Source: an uncultured Bacilli bacterium (lineage in GTDB: Bacteria > Bacillota_I > Bacilli_A > RF39 > UBA660). Taken from it: DNA of 62,324 nt. The DNA lies in assembly GCA_947629405.1 (NCBI GenBank), contig CANRDL010000001.1, positions 73,502-135,825 on the forward strand, in the 5' to 3' direction. Under the pieces are notes generated by a model. That model ran no database searches. It was not told the origin of the DNA and was given only the letters and a program-made list of their open reading frames with translations. The translations under genes were made by a program, and so were the position numbers. Below are positions 46,854-56,560 of the stretch, piece after piece (position 1 is the first letter of the stretch; each line of letters opens with the position of its first letter).

Positions 46854-47403
46854 TTCTCTATATGATTTATTAAATGAATATGCCGATGATGATATTAACT
46901 TTTTAAAAAATACAAAAGAATATAAAGATTTAGATAATTATTTTAAATCTTTTTTTGGTGTTGATTTTACCTATGACCAAATTCACAAATTATTTTATAA
47001 TTGTTTTATTTATAAAAATTATATAATAAAATTTTCATCGCAAAAAATTCCTATAAATTTAGAAAAAATGCCAGAATTAGTAAATAGTTATTTTCGCCAA
47101 AATTATACCTTTAAGGATGAAGATATCATAAAATTAAATTTAGGAGTAGAAATTCAGAAATATTTAAAAAATGCCAGTTATTGTAATGAAGAAGAAATAT
47201 TTCAACTTTACAAATCACTTAGAAACAAAGGATACATATGGATGGATGCAAACATAGGAAATGCCTTAAAATATAAAGATAAATGTTATATAGTCGATTT
47301 AGAATTTATATATCCAGAAAAAGAGGCTATTTATATTAATCAGTCTAAAATGTCTAAAGAATTTGAAATAAGATATAAAAATGAAAGTTCTAATTACAAA
47401 TAA
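46807..47403 (+). CDS. hypothetical protein, weakly protein-kinase-fold-like
   Basis: YIIKF (possible VAIK-type Lys) and GYIWMDANIGNAL...YIVDLEF (possible catalytic and DFG-like Asp) are present. The start is uncertain (46807 or 46819) and overlaps the previous gene. Confidence 0.45.
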   Translation: MQRLMNIINQKTKPYNSLYDLLNEYADDDINFLKNTKEYKDLDNYFKSFFGVDFTYDQIHKLFYNCFIYKNYIIKFSSQKIPINLEKMPELVNSYFRQNYTFKDEDIIKLNLGVEIQKYLKNASYCNEEEIFQLYKSLRNKGYIWMDANIGNALKYKDKCYIVDLEFIYPEKEAIYINQSKMSKEFEIRYKNESSNYK

Positions 47404-47412
47404 AAAAATTAA

Positions 47413-47883
47413 CTATGATAAGTTAATCTTTTTTTCTTCAAAAAATTCTTTATTACCCATTCTATTAAGTCTTTCCGAATATTGTTTTTCAATTTCAAGA
47501 AAACTTTCATTATAAAATCCATAACTTCTGAAAAATAATTTTTCAAAAGTTTTGCTATCTTTAGTTAATTTTTTCATTTTTAAAGCCGTCAGTTTTGGAT
47601 CAATAGCTTCAATTAAAAATATTGCCTTTTCATATTTTTTTTTGAAAAAAAATTGTTTTGAAGTTGTATCATTATTTAAAAAGAATATTAATTTATAATA
47701 AAAATCAGTTTTAATTTTGTTATTTTGAAAATATGGCCTACTTAATACTAATGAAATATAATTACGTATTTCTTCTAGTCTTTTTGGATTAATATCTTCA
47801 TCAAAATTATTGTTATTATAAAACTTTTGATTTTCAGACTTTTTTCTTAGTTCTATTTTATAAGCATTAAAAATATTTTTCAT
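47413..47883 (-). CDS. hypothetical protein
   Basis: 156-aa ORF on the opposite strand within the queA-tgt gap. No motif was recognised. Confidence 0.45.
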   Translation of the reverse strand: MKNIFNAYKIELRKKSENQKFYNNNNFDEDINPKRLEEIRNYISLVLSRPYFQNNKIKTDFYYKLIFFLNNDTTSKQFFFKKKYEKAIFLIEAIDPKLTALKMKKLTKDSKTFEKLFFRSYGFYNESFLEIEKQYSERLNRMGNKEFFEEKKINLS

Positions 47884-47927
47884 AATATAATCCCCCTTTT
47901 TTAATCCTCGCTATTATACAAAAATAA

Positions 47928-49403
<1,476 letters not shown>

Positions 49404-49407
<4 letters not shown>

Positions 49408-49775
49408 GTTTGTTTTTTATTAACTCCAATAATACTTCCAAAAATTATACTAATTAAAATTATTATTAGATATAAAATATTACTAAAGTAGAGAGGAAAA
49501 TTTAATATTCGACCAAATATGAATAAAATTAAAATTATGGGAACTCCATATTTTAGGCCAACTAAAAGGCCTTTTTTTTGACTTTTTATTCCTCTTTGAA
49601 TACCAAAAAGTATTGAATAAACGATTACTAGTAAAAAATTTAATATTGATAAAACAAAATCATTAATTATATATATATAATTAAATAATGAAAAAATTAA
49701 TATGCTTATTACAAATAATAAAGTAAAGAATAATAATTTTTTATGTTTTAAAATAAAATTTTTCAAAATAATCAC
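49404..49775 (-). CDS. small polytopic membrane protein, function unknown
   Basis: Four predicted TM helices. No motif was recognised. Confidence 0.5.
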
Positions 49776-49840
49776 CTAATAAATAATATGTATGTTTAAA
49801 AAAACTATTCATGAAACATAATAATAATGGTGATATTTTT

Positions 49841-50488
49841 ATGGAAATTTTTACAATACTTTATCGAACATTCTTTTTTTATTTTTTTATAGTTGTCTGT
49901 TATAAATTAATGGGAAAAAGAGAAATAGGACAACTAGGCGTAATTGACCTTATTGTTTCTATCCTTATTGCTGAAATGGTTGCCATAAGTATTGAAAATA
50001 CGAATAAGACTATATTGCAAACAGTCTTGCCAATTTCTCTTTTAGTTTTATTGGAAATTATTTTAGCTTTTATTTCTTTAAAATCAAAAAAAGTAAGAAG
50101 GGCACTTTCTCCGCATCCTTCCATAATAATTTTAAATGGTAAAGTTAATTACAAAGAAATGGTTAAACAAAGATATACTTTAGAAGATTTATTGTTACAA
50201 CTTAGACAAAAAGATATTAGAAGTATTGAAGAAGTCGAATATGCTATTCTTGAATCAAATGGTAAATTATCCGTATTTAAATATGGAATATTAAAAATAA
50301 AAAAAGATTTACCTTTGCCTTTAATAGTTGATGGATCAATTCAATATAAAGCATTAGAATATTTAGATAAAACTAAAGAATGGTTAATTCATAATTTAGA
50401 TAATCAAAATTTAGAAGCAAAAGATATCTTTTATGCTTTTTATAAATCTTCAAAATTTTACATTATTAAACAAGATGAAGTCAAATGA
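49841..50488 (+). CDS. DUF421 (YetF-like) membrane protein
   Basis: MGKREIGQLGVIDLIVSILIAEMVA is typical of DUF421. ATG 49841 follows GGTGA. Confidence 0.75.
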   Translation: MEIFTILYRTFFFYFFIVVCYKLMGKREIGQLGVIDLIVSILIAEMVAISIENTNKTILQTVLPISLLVLLEIILAFISLKSKKVRRALSPHPSIIILNGKVNYKEMVKQRYTLEDLLLQLRQKDIRSIEEVEYAILESNGKLSVFKYGILKIKKDLPLPLIVDGSIQYKALEYLDKTKEWLIHNLDNQNLEAKDIFYAFYKSSKFYIIKQDEVK

Positions 50489-51129
50489 AAAAAATTATTT
50501 TAATAATATTTATTTTAGTTATTTCTTTATCATATAAAGAAGAAAAAGTTGTAAATAATAATATTAATTCTAAATATATCGCTCTTACCTTTGATGATGG
50601 TCCAAATAATAAAACTACTCCGAGATTATTAGACGAATTAAAAAAAAGAAATATTCAGGCTACATTTTTTGTTTTAGGCTTGCAAGCTGAAAAATATCCA
50701 GAAATTACTAGAAGAATAGTTAATGAAGGTCATACTATTGGAAATCATACATACAATCATTATAATTTATCTCGACTTTCTTTTTTAGAAGCCCAAAATG
50801 AATTACAGAAAACTTCTGATGTTATTTTTTCTATTACATCTATTTATCCTAAATATTATCGTCCAAGTTATGGTTCAATTAAAAAAAATCAAATAAATAA
50901 AATAAATTTAAAATTAGTTAGGTGGACATTAGATTCAAAAGATTGGCGCTATCAAAATACACCACGAATAGTAAAAAAAGTTTTAAATGAAGTTGATGGT
51001 AATGAAATAATTTTGATGCATGATATATATGATACCAGTGTTGATGCGGCAATAGAAATTATTGATAAATTAACCGTTCAAGGATATAAATTTGTCACAA
51101 TTGATAAATACTTACAGGTTTCGACATAA
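50485..51129 (+). CDS. polysaccharide deacetylase (NodB homology domain)
   Basis: IALTFDDGPN, ATFFVLG, GHTIGNHTYNH and RPSYG motifs. Confidence 0.9.
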   Translation: MKKIILIIFILVISLSYKEEKVVNNNINSKYIALTFDDGPNNKTTPRLLDELKKRNIQATFFVLGLQAEKYPEITRRIVNEGHTIGNHTYNHYNLSRLSFLEAQNELQKTSDVIFSITSIYPKYYRPSYGSIKKNQINKINLKLVRWTLDSKDWRYQNTPRIVKKVLNEVDGNEIILMHDIYDTSVDAAIEIIDKLTVQGYKFVTIDKYLQVST

Positions 51130-51168
51130 TTTTTATTTTAATTTTTATATAATATCTTAGGTGATAGT

Positions 51169-51588
51169 ATGGAGAATAAAATTAAAAAATTTGAAGATAA
51201 TTTTCAAAGAGTATATAATAATGTAAGTAAATATAAATATGATGCAGCATCTAATAATATTTCCATTTATTTTTTTGAAATGGTGGATAGAATTAATTGT
51301 TATATATTACCTAAAGATATAAATTTTAATATTGTAAGTGAAATAGAATTTTTAAAATATTTTCGGGATAAATGTATTAAAATAATAGGTATAAAAAGAG
51401 AAAATTTAAATAAATTAATAGTTAATTTAATAAATAGATATAATCTATCATTTGCTAATTTTAATTTTATAAAGGAAAATTTAGAATATGACTATCTTTT
51501 AGGATATATTAAAAATAGTGGGGAATTTGCTACAAATACTAATGTTTATATTCATTATCCTACAAAACTTATTAAAGCTAAAAAATAA
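51169..51588 (+). CDS. hypothetical protein
   Basis: 139-aa ORF with a GGTGA ribosome-binding site. No motif was recognised. Confidence 0.45.
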   Translation: MENKIKKFEDNFQRVYNNVSKYKYDAASNNISIYFFEMVDRINCYILPKDINFNIVSEIEFLKYFRDKCIKIIGIKRENLNKLIVNLINRYNLSFANFNFIKENLEYDYLLGYIKNSGEFATNTNVYIHYPTKLIKAKK

Positions 51589-51661
51589 TAATTATATTTG
51601 GCTTTTTTTGTTGGCTTAAAAATAATAAATAATATGGTATAATTTAATTGGGGATGAAGAT

Positions 51662-52294
51662 ATGGAAGTAGAAATTAATAATAAAATATATAAAGTAATA
51701 ATTATTCGTAAAAAAATAAAAAATGTTTATTTTCGAATAACTGATGATTTAGAAATTCAAGTTTCGGCCTCTCGATTAATTCCAAGTATGGAAATTAAAA
51801 ATTTAATTATAAAAAATGTTAAAGCAATAAAAAAATTAATTGATATTAAGGAACGAGAATTAGAAAGTAATAAATATTTTTATTATTTAGGAAATAAATA
51901 TAATATCATTTATGATAATACAGCAAAGCCCTATTTTGAGAATGATAATATTCATGTTCGAAACGAAGATAAATTAGCGAAATTTTATAAAGAAGAAGTG
52001 AAGAGAATATTTACTAAAAGAGTTAATGATATAAAAAATGATTTTAAGAATCTCCCTAATTTCACTTTGAAATTTCGCAAAATGAAAACTAGATGGGGTG
52101 TATGCAATTATAAGGATAATATAATTACTTTGAATACTGAGTTGTTAAAAAAAGAAGCAACTTTGTTAGACTATGTTATAATTCATGAATTATGTCATTT
52201 CTATCATCATGACCATTCGAAATCATTTTGGCAAGAGGTAAGCATTCATTATCCTTATTATAAAATGGCCCGAAAAATGCTTAGAGATATTTAA
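51662..52294 (+). CDS. YgjP-like (DUF45/M48-related) metal-dependent hydrolase
   Basis: RWGVCN and VIIHELCHFYHHDHSKSFW (HExxH) motifs. Confidence 0.8.
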   Translation: MEVEINNKIYKVIIIRKKIKNVYFRITDDLEIQVSASRLIPSMEIKNLIIKNVKAIKKLIDIKERELESNKYFYYLGNKYNIIYDNTAKPYFENDNIHVRNEDKLAKFYKEEVKRIFTKRVNDIKNDFKNLPNFTLKFRKMKTRWGVCNYKDNIITLNTELLKKEATLLDYVIIHELCHFYHHDHSKSFWQEVSIHYPYYKMARKMLRDI

Positions 52295-52337
52295 AAGAGT
52301 AAAAATTTATGATACAATTGTTATGGGAGTTATTGCT

Positions 52338-53063
52338 ATGGAAAAAATAATATCTTTAGATAATTCATATATAAAAAAAATAAGAAAATTAAAAAATAAA
52401 AAATATCGTGATCAATATAAGCTATTTTTAGTAGAGACTCCTCATCTTATAAAAGAGGCTTATAATGCTCATGTTTTAGAAGAAATTATATCTTTAGATA
52501 AACCATCTTTTCCCGTAAATTATCGATTAGTTGACCAAAAAGTAATAAAGAGTATTACATCTTTAAGTGATATTCCAAAAGAGATTGGTATAGTTAAATT
52601 TAAAAAAGAAGAAGAAATAAAAAATAAAGTTTTAATGCTTGATAATATTCAAGATCCAGGTAATTTAGGTACAATTATAAGAAGTAGTTTAGCTTTTAAT
52701 ATTGATACTATAATCCTATCTAATAATTCGGTGGATTTATATAATCCTAAAGTGATTAATGCTACCCAAGGAACATTATTTCAAATTAACATTATAAGAA
52801 GAGATTTAAAAGAGACAATTAATGAATTAAAAAATAAGGGGTTTATAATTTATGGAACAGATGTAAATAATGGAATTGCGATTGAAAGTGTCAAAAAGCA
52901 AGAAAAAGAAGCCTTTATATTAGGTAATGAAGGAAATGGTATATCTGAAGATATAAAAAATAAAGTTGATAAAAATATTTATATACAGATTAATAAAAAA
53001 TGTGAATCATTAAATGTTGGAGTAGCTGCTTCTATTATTTTATATGAATTAAATAAAAGGTGA
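52338..53063 (+). CDS. TrmH/SpoU family RNA 2'-O-methyltransferase
   Basis: LDNIQDPGNLGTIIRSS, LGNEGNGIS and SLNVGVAASIILYE motifs. Confidence 0.85.
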   Translation: MEKIISLDNSYIKKIRKLKNKKYRDQYKLFLVETPHLIKEAYNAHVLEEIISLDKPSFPVNYRLVDQKVIKSITSLSDIPKEIGIVKFKKEEEIKNKVLMLDNIQDPGNLGTIIRSSLAFNIDTIILSNNSVDLYNPKVINATQGTLFQINIIRRDLKETINELKNKGFIIYGTDVNNGIAIESVKKQEKEAFILGNEGNGISEDIKNKVDKNIYIQINKKCESLNVGVAASIILYELNKR

Positions 53064-53067
53064 TAAT

Positions 53068-53556
53068 ATGGATTATAAATTTATAGGTAAAATAGTATCA
53101 ACTCATGGAATTAAAGGTGAATTAAAAATTATAAGTAATCTTGAATATAAAGATAAATTATTTAAAGAAAATACTTACATTTATCTTGGTGATAATAAAG
53201 AAAAACATCAAATTAAAAGCTATCGAATACATAAAAATTACGATTTGATAACTTTAGATAATTTAAATAATATTAATGATGTATTAAAATATATTAATTT
53301 AAAAGTTTATAAAGATCGCAAGGATATTTTATTAAATGATGGTGAATTTTTTTATGATGATCTAATTGGCTATGATGTTATATTTAATAATAATAAAATT
53401 GGAAAAATAGTGGATTATGATAATAATACTCCTAATTTATTATATAAAATTGCTGGTGATAAAAATTTTTATATTCCTATTAATGGACCATTTATTAAAA
53501 ATATAAATAATAAAAATAAAGAAATAATAGTAGAAGATATTGGAGGTTTATTATGA
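53068..53556 (+). CDS. rimM: 16S rRNA processing protein RimM
   Basis: IGKIVSTHGIKGELKI at the N-terminus and a PRC barrel C-terminus. It sits before trmD. Confidence 0.9.
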   Translation: MDYKFIGKIVSTHGIKGELKIISNLEYKDKLFKENTYIYLGDNKEKHQIKSYRIHKNYDLITLDNLNNINDVLKYINLKVYKDRKDILLNDGEFFYDDLIGYDVIFNNNKIGKIVDYDNNTPNLLYKIAGDKNFYIPINGPFIKNINNKNKEIIVEDIGGLL

Positions 53557-54215
53557 AAATTGATATTCTTTCTTTATTTCCCAATATGTTTACTGGTTTT
53601 TTAAATGAATCTATTATTAAAAGAGCAATAGAGAAAAAGAAAGTAGAAATAAATATTATAGATTTTCGAACATATTCTAAATTAAATAATAATCAAGTAG
53701 ATGATACCCCTTATGGTGGTGGGCCAGGAATGGTCTTAAGATGTGAACCAATATTTGATTGCATTGATGACATTAAAACAAAAGATTCTAAAATTATTTT
53801 ATTAACTCCTGATGGAAAAAAATATAATCAAAAAATGGCTGTAAATTTAAAAGATGAAAAACATTTAATTATTATTTGTGGCCACTATGAAGGTTTTGAT
53901 GAAAGAATAAGAACTTTAGCAGATATAGAAATAAGTATTGGAGATTATATTTTAACCGGTGGCGAAGTTCCCGCAATGACAATAACTGATAGCATTGTTA
54001 GACTATTAGATGAAGTAATAAATAAAGAAAGTATTTGTGATGAATCTTTTAATAATAATTTACTTGATTATCCAACATATACTAAACCAAGAAGTTATAG
54101 AGGATTAAATGTTCCAGAAGTATTACTTTCCGGAGATCATAAAAAAATAGCCGAATGGCGAAAAAATGAACAAATAAAAAGAACACAAGAAAAAAGACCA
54201 GATATAATAGAGTAG
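53553..54215 (+). CDS. trmD: tRNA (guanine37-N1)-methyltransferase
   Basis: MKIDILSLFPNMF, YGGGPGMVL, CGHYEGFDER and GGEVPAM motifs. Confidence 0.95.
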   Translation: MKIDILSLFPNMFTGFLNESIIKRAIEKKKVEINIIDFRTYSKLNNNQVDDTPYGGGPGMVLRCEPIFDCIDDIKTKDSKIILLTPDGKKYNQKMAVNLKDEKHLIIICGHYEGFDERIRTLADIEISIGDYILTGGEVPAMTITDSIVRLLDEVINKESICDESFNNNLLDYPTYTKPRSYRGLNVPEVLLSGDHKKIAEWRKNEQIKRTQEKRPDIIE

Positions 54216-54223
54216 GTGATATT

Positions 54224-54658
54224 ATGGCAAGTTTTTTAATAAAAAGGACTGTTAAAACCAGTAAAATTATTAAAGTAGTAAAAGTAAAAGATAACAGTTA
54301 TGAATTTAAACCTAAAACAGGTTCTGTAAAAAAATTAATAGTAACTGATCCTTTAATAATCCAAAAAATATTAGTAGTTAAATTTAGTAATGCGATAGAT
54401 AAACTTGCTAAAAAAATATACTATTTTATAAATATTGGCGAAACTGATGATACTGATAGTGGAATTTTACTTGGGGAAATTAATAGACTTAGGGGAATTT
54501 TACTTAATAAATATCAAAAATATTTAAATAAAATGCAAGAAGAATATTTTTTAGAACAGTTAAGAATGTTAGAATTACAGCTTAGAAGTAGTCAATTTAA
54601 TTTTAATTATCATGATGAATATATACAAGAAGAAAGAAGAAGTCGTGGAGGTAAATAA
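54224..54658 (+). CDS. hypothetical protein inserted between trmD and rplS
   Basis: 144-aa ORF with GGTGA upstream. No motif was recognised. Confidence 0.45.
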   Translation: MASFLIKRTVKTSKIIKVVKVKDNSYEFKPKTGSVKKLIVTDPLIIQKILVVKFSNAIDKLAKKIYYFINIGETDDTDSGILLGEINRLRGILLNKYQKYLNKMQEEYFLEQLRMLELQLRSSQFNFNYHDEYIQEERRSRGGK

Positions 54659-54665
54659 TTTAAAC

Positions 54666-54695
54666 TTGAAAAACATATTATTATTGTGATATAAT
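54666..54695 (+). promoter_or_regulatory. extended -10 promoter upstream of rplS (TTGAAA-18-TGaTATAAT)
   Basis: TTGAAA is at 54666-54671, TG at 54687-54688 and TATAAT at 54690-54695. A leader of about 85 nt follows before rplS. Confidence 0.55.
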
Positions 54696-54787
54696 CTTAT
54701 TGCTTTTGTAATAAAGCTTAAATGCAATCCGCTGAATTTAGTTTATGATTACATGGATAATATTATATAGAAAGGAATGATTTTAAT

Positions 54788-55132
54788 ATGGCTAATTTAG
54801 TAGATAAAATTAACCAAAAACAAATTAAACCAAATATTCCTGAGTTTAGAGTAGGCGACACAGTAAGAGTCGATGTATGGGTTAAAGAAGGAAAGAAAGA
54901 AAGAATCCAAGCTTTTGAAGGTGTAGTTGTTGCTAAAAAAGGTGGAAGTGTAACTGAAACTTTTACAGTACGTAAAAAAAGCTATGGAGTAGGAGTTCTT
55001 AGAATTTTTCCTGTTAATGCTCCAAGTATTGATAAGATTACTGTTGTTAGAAAAGGTAAAGTAAGACGTGTTAAACTTAAAGGTATATTAAAAGGAATGA
55101 AAAAAGAATTTAAAATTCCTGAAAGAAATTAA
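54788..55132 (+). CDS. rplS: 50S ribosomal protein L19
   Basis: [47 protein letters not shown]. Confidence 0.95.
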   Translation: MANLVDKINQKQIKPNIPEFRVGDTVRVDVWVKEGKKERIQAFEGVVVAKKGGSVTETFTVRKKSYGVGVLRIFPVNAPSIDKITVVRKGKVRRVKLKGILKGMKKEFKIPERN

Positions 55133-55173
55133 GGTTTCCTTAATTTTTTTTAAATTGAAAGAGAGTATGATTT

Positions 55174-55659
55174 ATGAAAATATTAAAAGAAATAATTCCT
55201 TATGTAATAGTAGTTATAGTAGTTATACTAATTAGAACATTTTTAGTAACGCCAATTAGAGTAAATGGAAGTAGTATGTATCCAACCTTAAAAGATAAAG
55301 AAATAATGATTTTAAATAAAATTGGTAAAACTGTAAATGGCATAGACCGTTTTGATATAGTTGTATTAAAAGAAGATGATTATTTAATTAAAAGAGTTAT
55401 TGCGCTTCCTGGAGAAAAAATATCTTGTCAAAATGGAAATATTTATATTAATGGCAAAAAATTAAAAGATAAATATGGTTCAGGATTAACTTCTGATTTT
55501 GAACCAATAGAAGTACCTAAAAATTCTTATTTTGTAATGGGTGATAATAGAGAAAATTCTAAAGATTCAAGATATATTGGGCCTATTAATAAAAATGAAA
55601 TTAAAGGGAAAACTTCATTTATTTTATTTCCATTTAAAAATTTTGGAAAAGTTGATTAA
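55174..55659 (+). CDS. lepB: signal peptidase I
   Basis: VNGSSMYPTL (catalytic Ser), KRVIALPGE (Lys), and GDNRENSKDSR. Confidence 0.9.
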   Translation: MKILKEIIPYVIVVIVVILIRTFLVTPIRVNGSSMYPTLKDKEIMILNKIGKTVNGIDRFDIVVLKEDDYLIKRVIALPGEKISCQNGNIYINGKKLKDKYGSGLTSDFEPIEVPKNSYFVMGDNRENSKDSRYIGPINKNEIKGKTSFILFPFKNFGKVD

Positions 55660-55683
55660 GAGGATTAGAAATAAGGTATAAAT

Positions 55684-55806
55684 ATGAAAAATGTATTAGT
55701 AACAGGTGGATGTGGAGGCATTGGCTCTGCAATTGTTGATGAACTTATAAAAAATGGATATAACCCAATTGTAACTGACATAAATAAAGAAAATATAAAA
55801 AAATAA
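55684..55806 (+). pseudogene. 40-codon remnant of a short-chain dehydrogenase/reductase N-terminus
   Basis: It translates to MKNVLVTGGCGGIGSAIVDELIKNGYNPIVTDINKENIKK then stops. The TGGxGGIGxAI Rossmann motif is present, but the catalytic part is missing. Confidence 0.6.
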
Positions 55807-55879
55807 AAGAAAAATATATTAAAAACTAGCAAAATTTATATCAAAATGAAACTTTAAATATATAAAATTAACAAACAAA

Positions 55880-55910
55880 AGTAGATACATTAAAATGTGC
55901 CTACTTTTTT
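55880..55910 (+). terminator. intrinsic terminator downstream of lepB and the SDR remnant
   Basis: AGTAGATACAT pairs imperfectly with ATGTGCCTACT (one mismatch and one G-U pair), followed by T6. Confidence 0.55.
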
Positions 55911-55967
55911 AATTTAAATAGGTTTAAAATAATTTATTTTTGCCATATTAATAACAGGAGGAAATTT

Positions 55968-56159
55968 ATGACACAAAAAGAATTAGATTATGTTGAAGAT
56001 GCTATTAAGCATGAAAAAAATTTAGCATCAATAATTACTGAATCAATTGAAGTGTTAGAAGATGAAAAAATTGTATCATTTATGCAAAAACAACTAGATG
56101 ATCATAAATCATTACATAAAAAATTAATGAATTTATTGGAGGAAAAGAAAAATGAATGA
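55968..56159 (+). CDS. small helical protein co-transcribed with the CotF-like gene
   Basis: 63 aa with an AGGAGGA ribosome-binding site. It overlaps the next start. Confidence 0.55.
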   Translation: MTQKELDYVEDAIKHEKNLASIITESIEVLEDEKIVSFMQKQLDDHKSLHKKLMNLLEEKKNE

Positions 56160-56400
56160 TAAATTAATTATGGAAAATTATTTATTACTTTTAAAAAGTA
56201 CTGTAGAAGTATTTGTTCATGGAACTTTAGAAAGCTCTAATCCCGATGTAAGAAAATTATTAAAAAAAGGATTAGATATGATTATGCAAGCGCAAGCAGA
56301 TACATATGATACAATGACTAATAATGGTTGGTATACTATAAACAATGTCCAACTTGATTCTATAAATCAAACAATTCAGAATATTCAAAGTGAAAATTAA
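56152..56400 (+). CDS. spore coat protein F (Coat_F) family protein
   Basis: ENYLLLLKSTVEVFVHGTLESSNPDVRKLLKKGL...NNGWY resembles the Coat_F signature. Confidence 0.7.
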   Translation: MNDKLIMENYLLLLKSTVEVFVHGTLESSNPDVRKLLKKGLDMIMQAQADTYDTMTNNGWYTINNVQLDSINQTIQNIQSEN

Positions 56401-56425
56401 AGTAAACTTTTTGTTTACTTTTTTT
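56401..56425 (+). terminator. intrinsic terminator after the CotF-like gene
   Basis: AGTAAAC-TTTTT-GTTTACT followed by T6. Confidence 0.65.
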
Positions 56426-56448
56426 AATAATATTAATATAAAAATTAT

Positions 56449-56476
56449 TTGACAAATTATCATAATATGTTAATAT
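56449..56476 (+). promoter_or_regulatory. candidate promoter TTGACA-16-TAATAT for the giant repeat gene
   Basis: TTGACA is at 56449-56454 and TAATAT at 56471-56476. Confidence 0.45.
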
Positions 56477-56560
56477 ATAATTTAAAGAATTGGGCTTTAT
56501 ATTATTTATATTTTGCTGTTAAAAAGGGTATTTAAAAAAATTTTTTACTGAGGGAATTAT

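Noticed and set aside
55940-55955. CATATTAAT upstream of the CotF-like operon, and the same 9-mer upstream of sigK (minus strand, about 16024-16032), considered as possible sigma-K/E -10 elements.
   Set aside because: The match to my recollection of the CATAnnnTA consensus is imperfect. No suitable -35 element was found at the right distance. The string is AT-rich enough to occur by chance.
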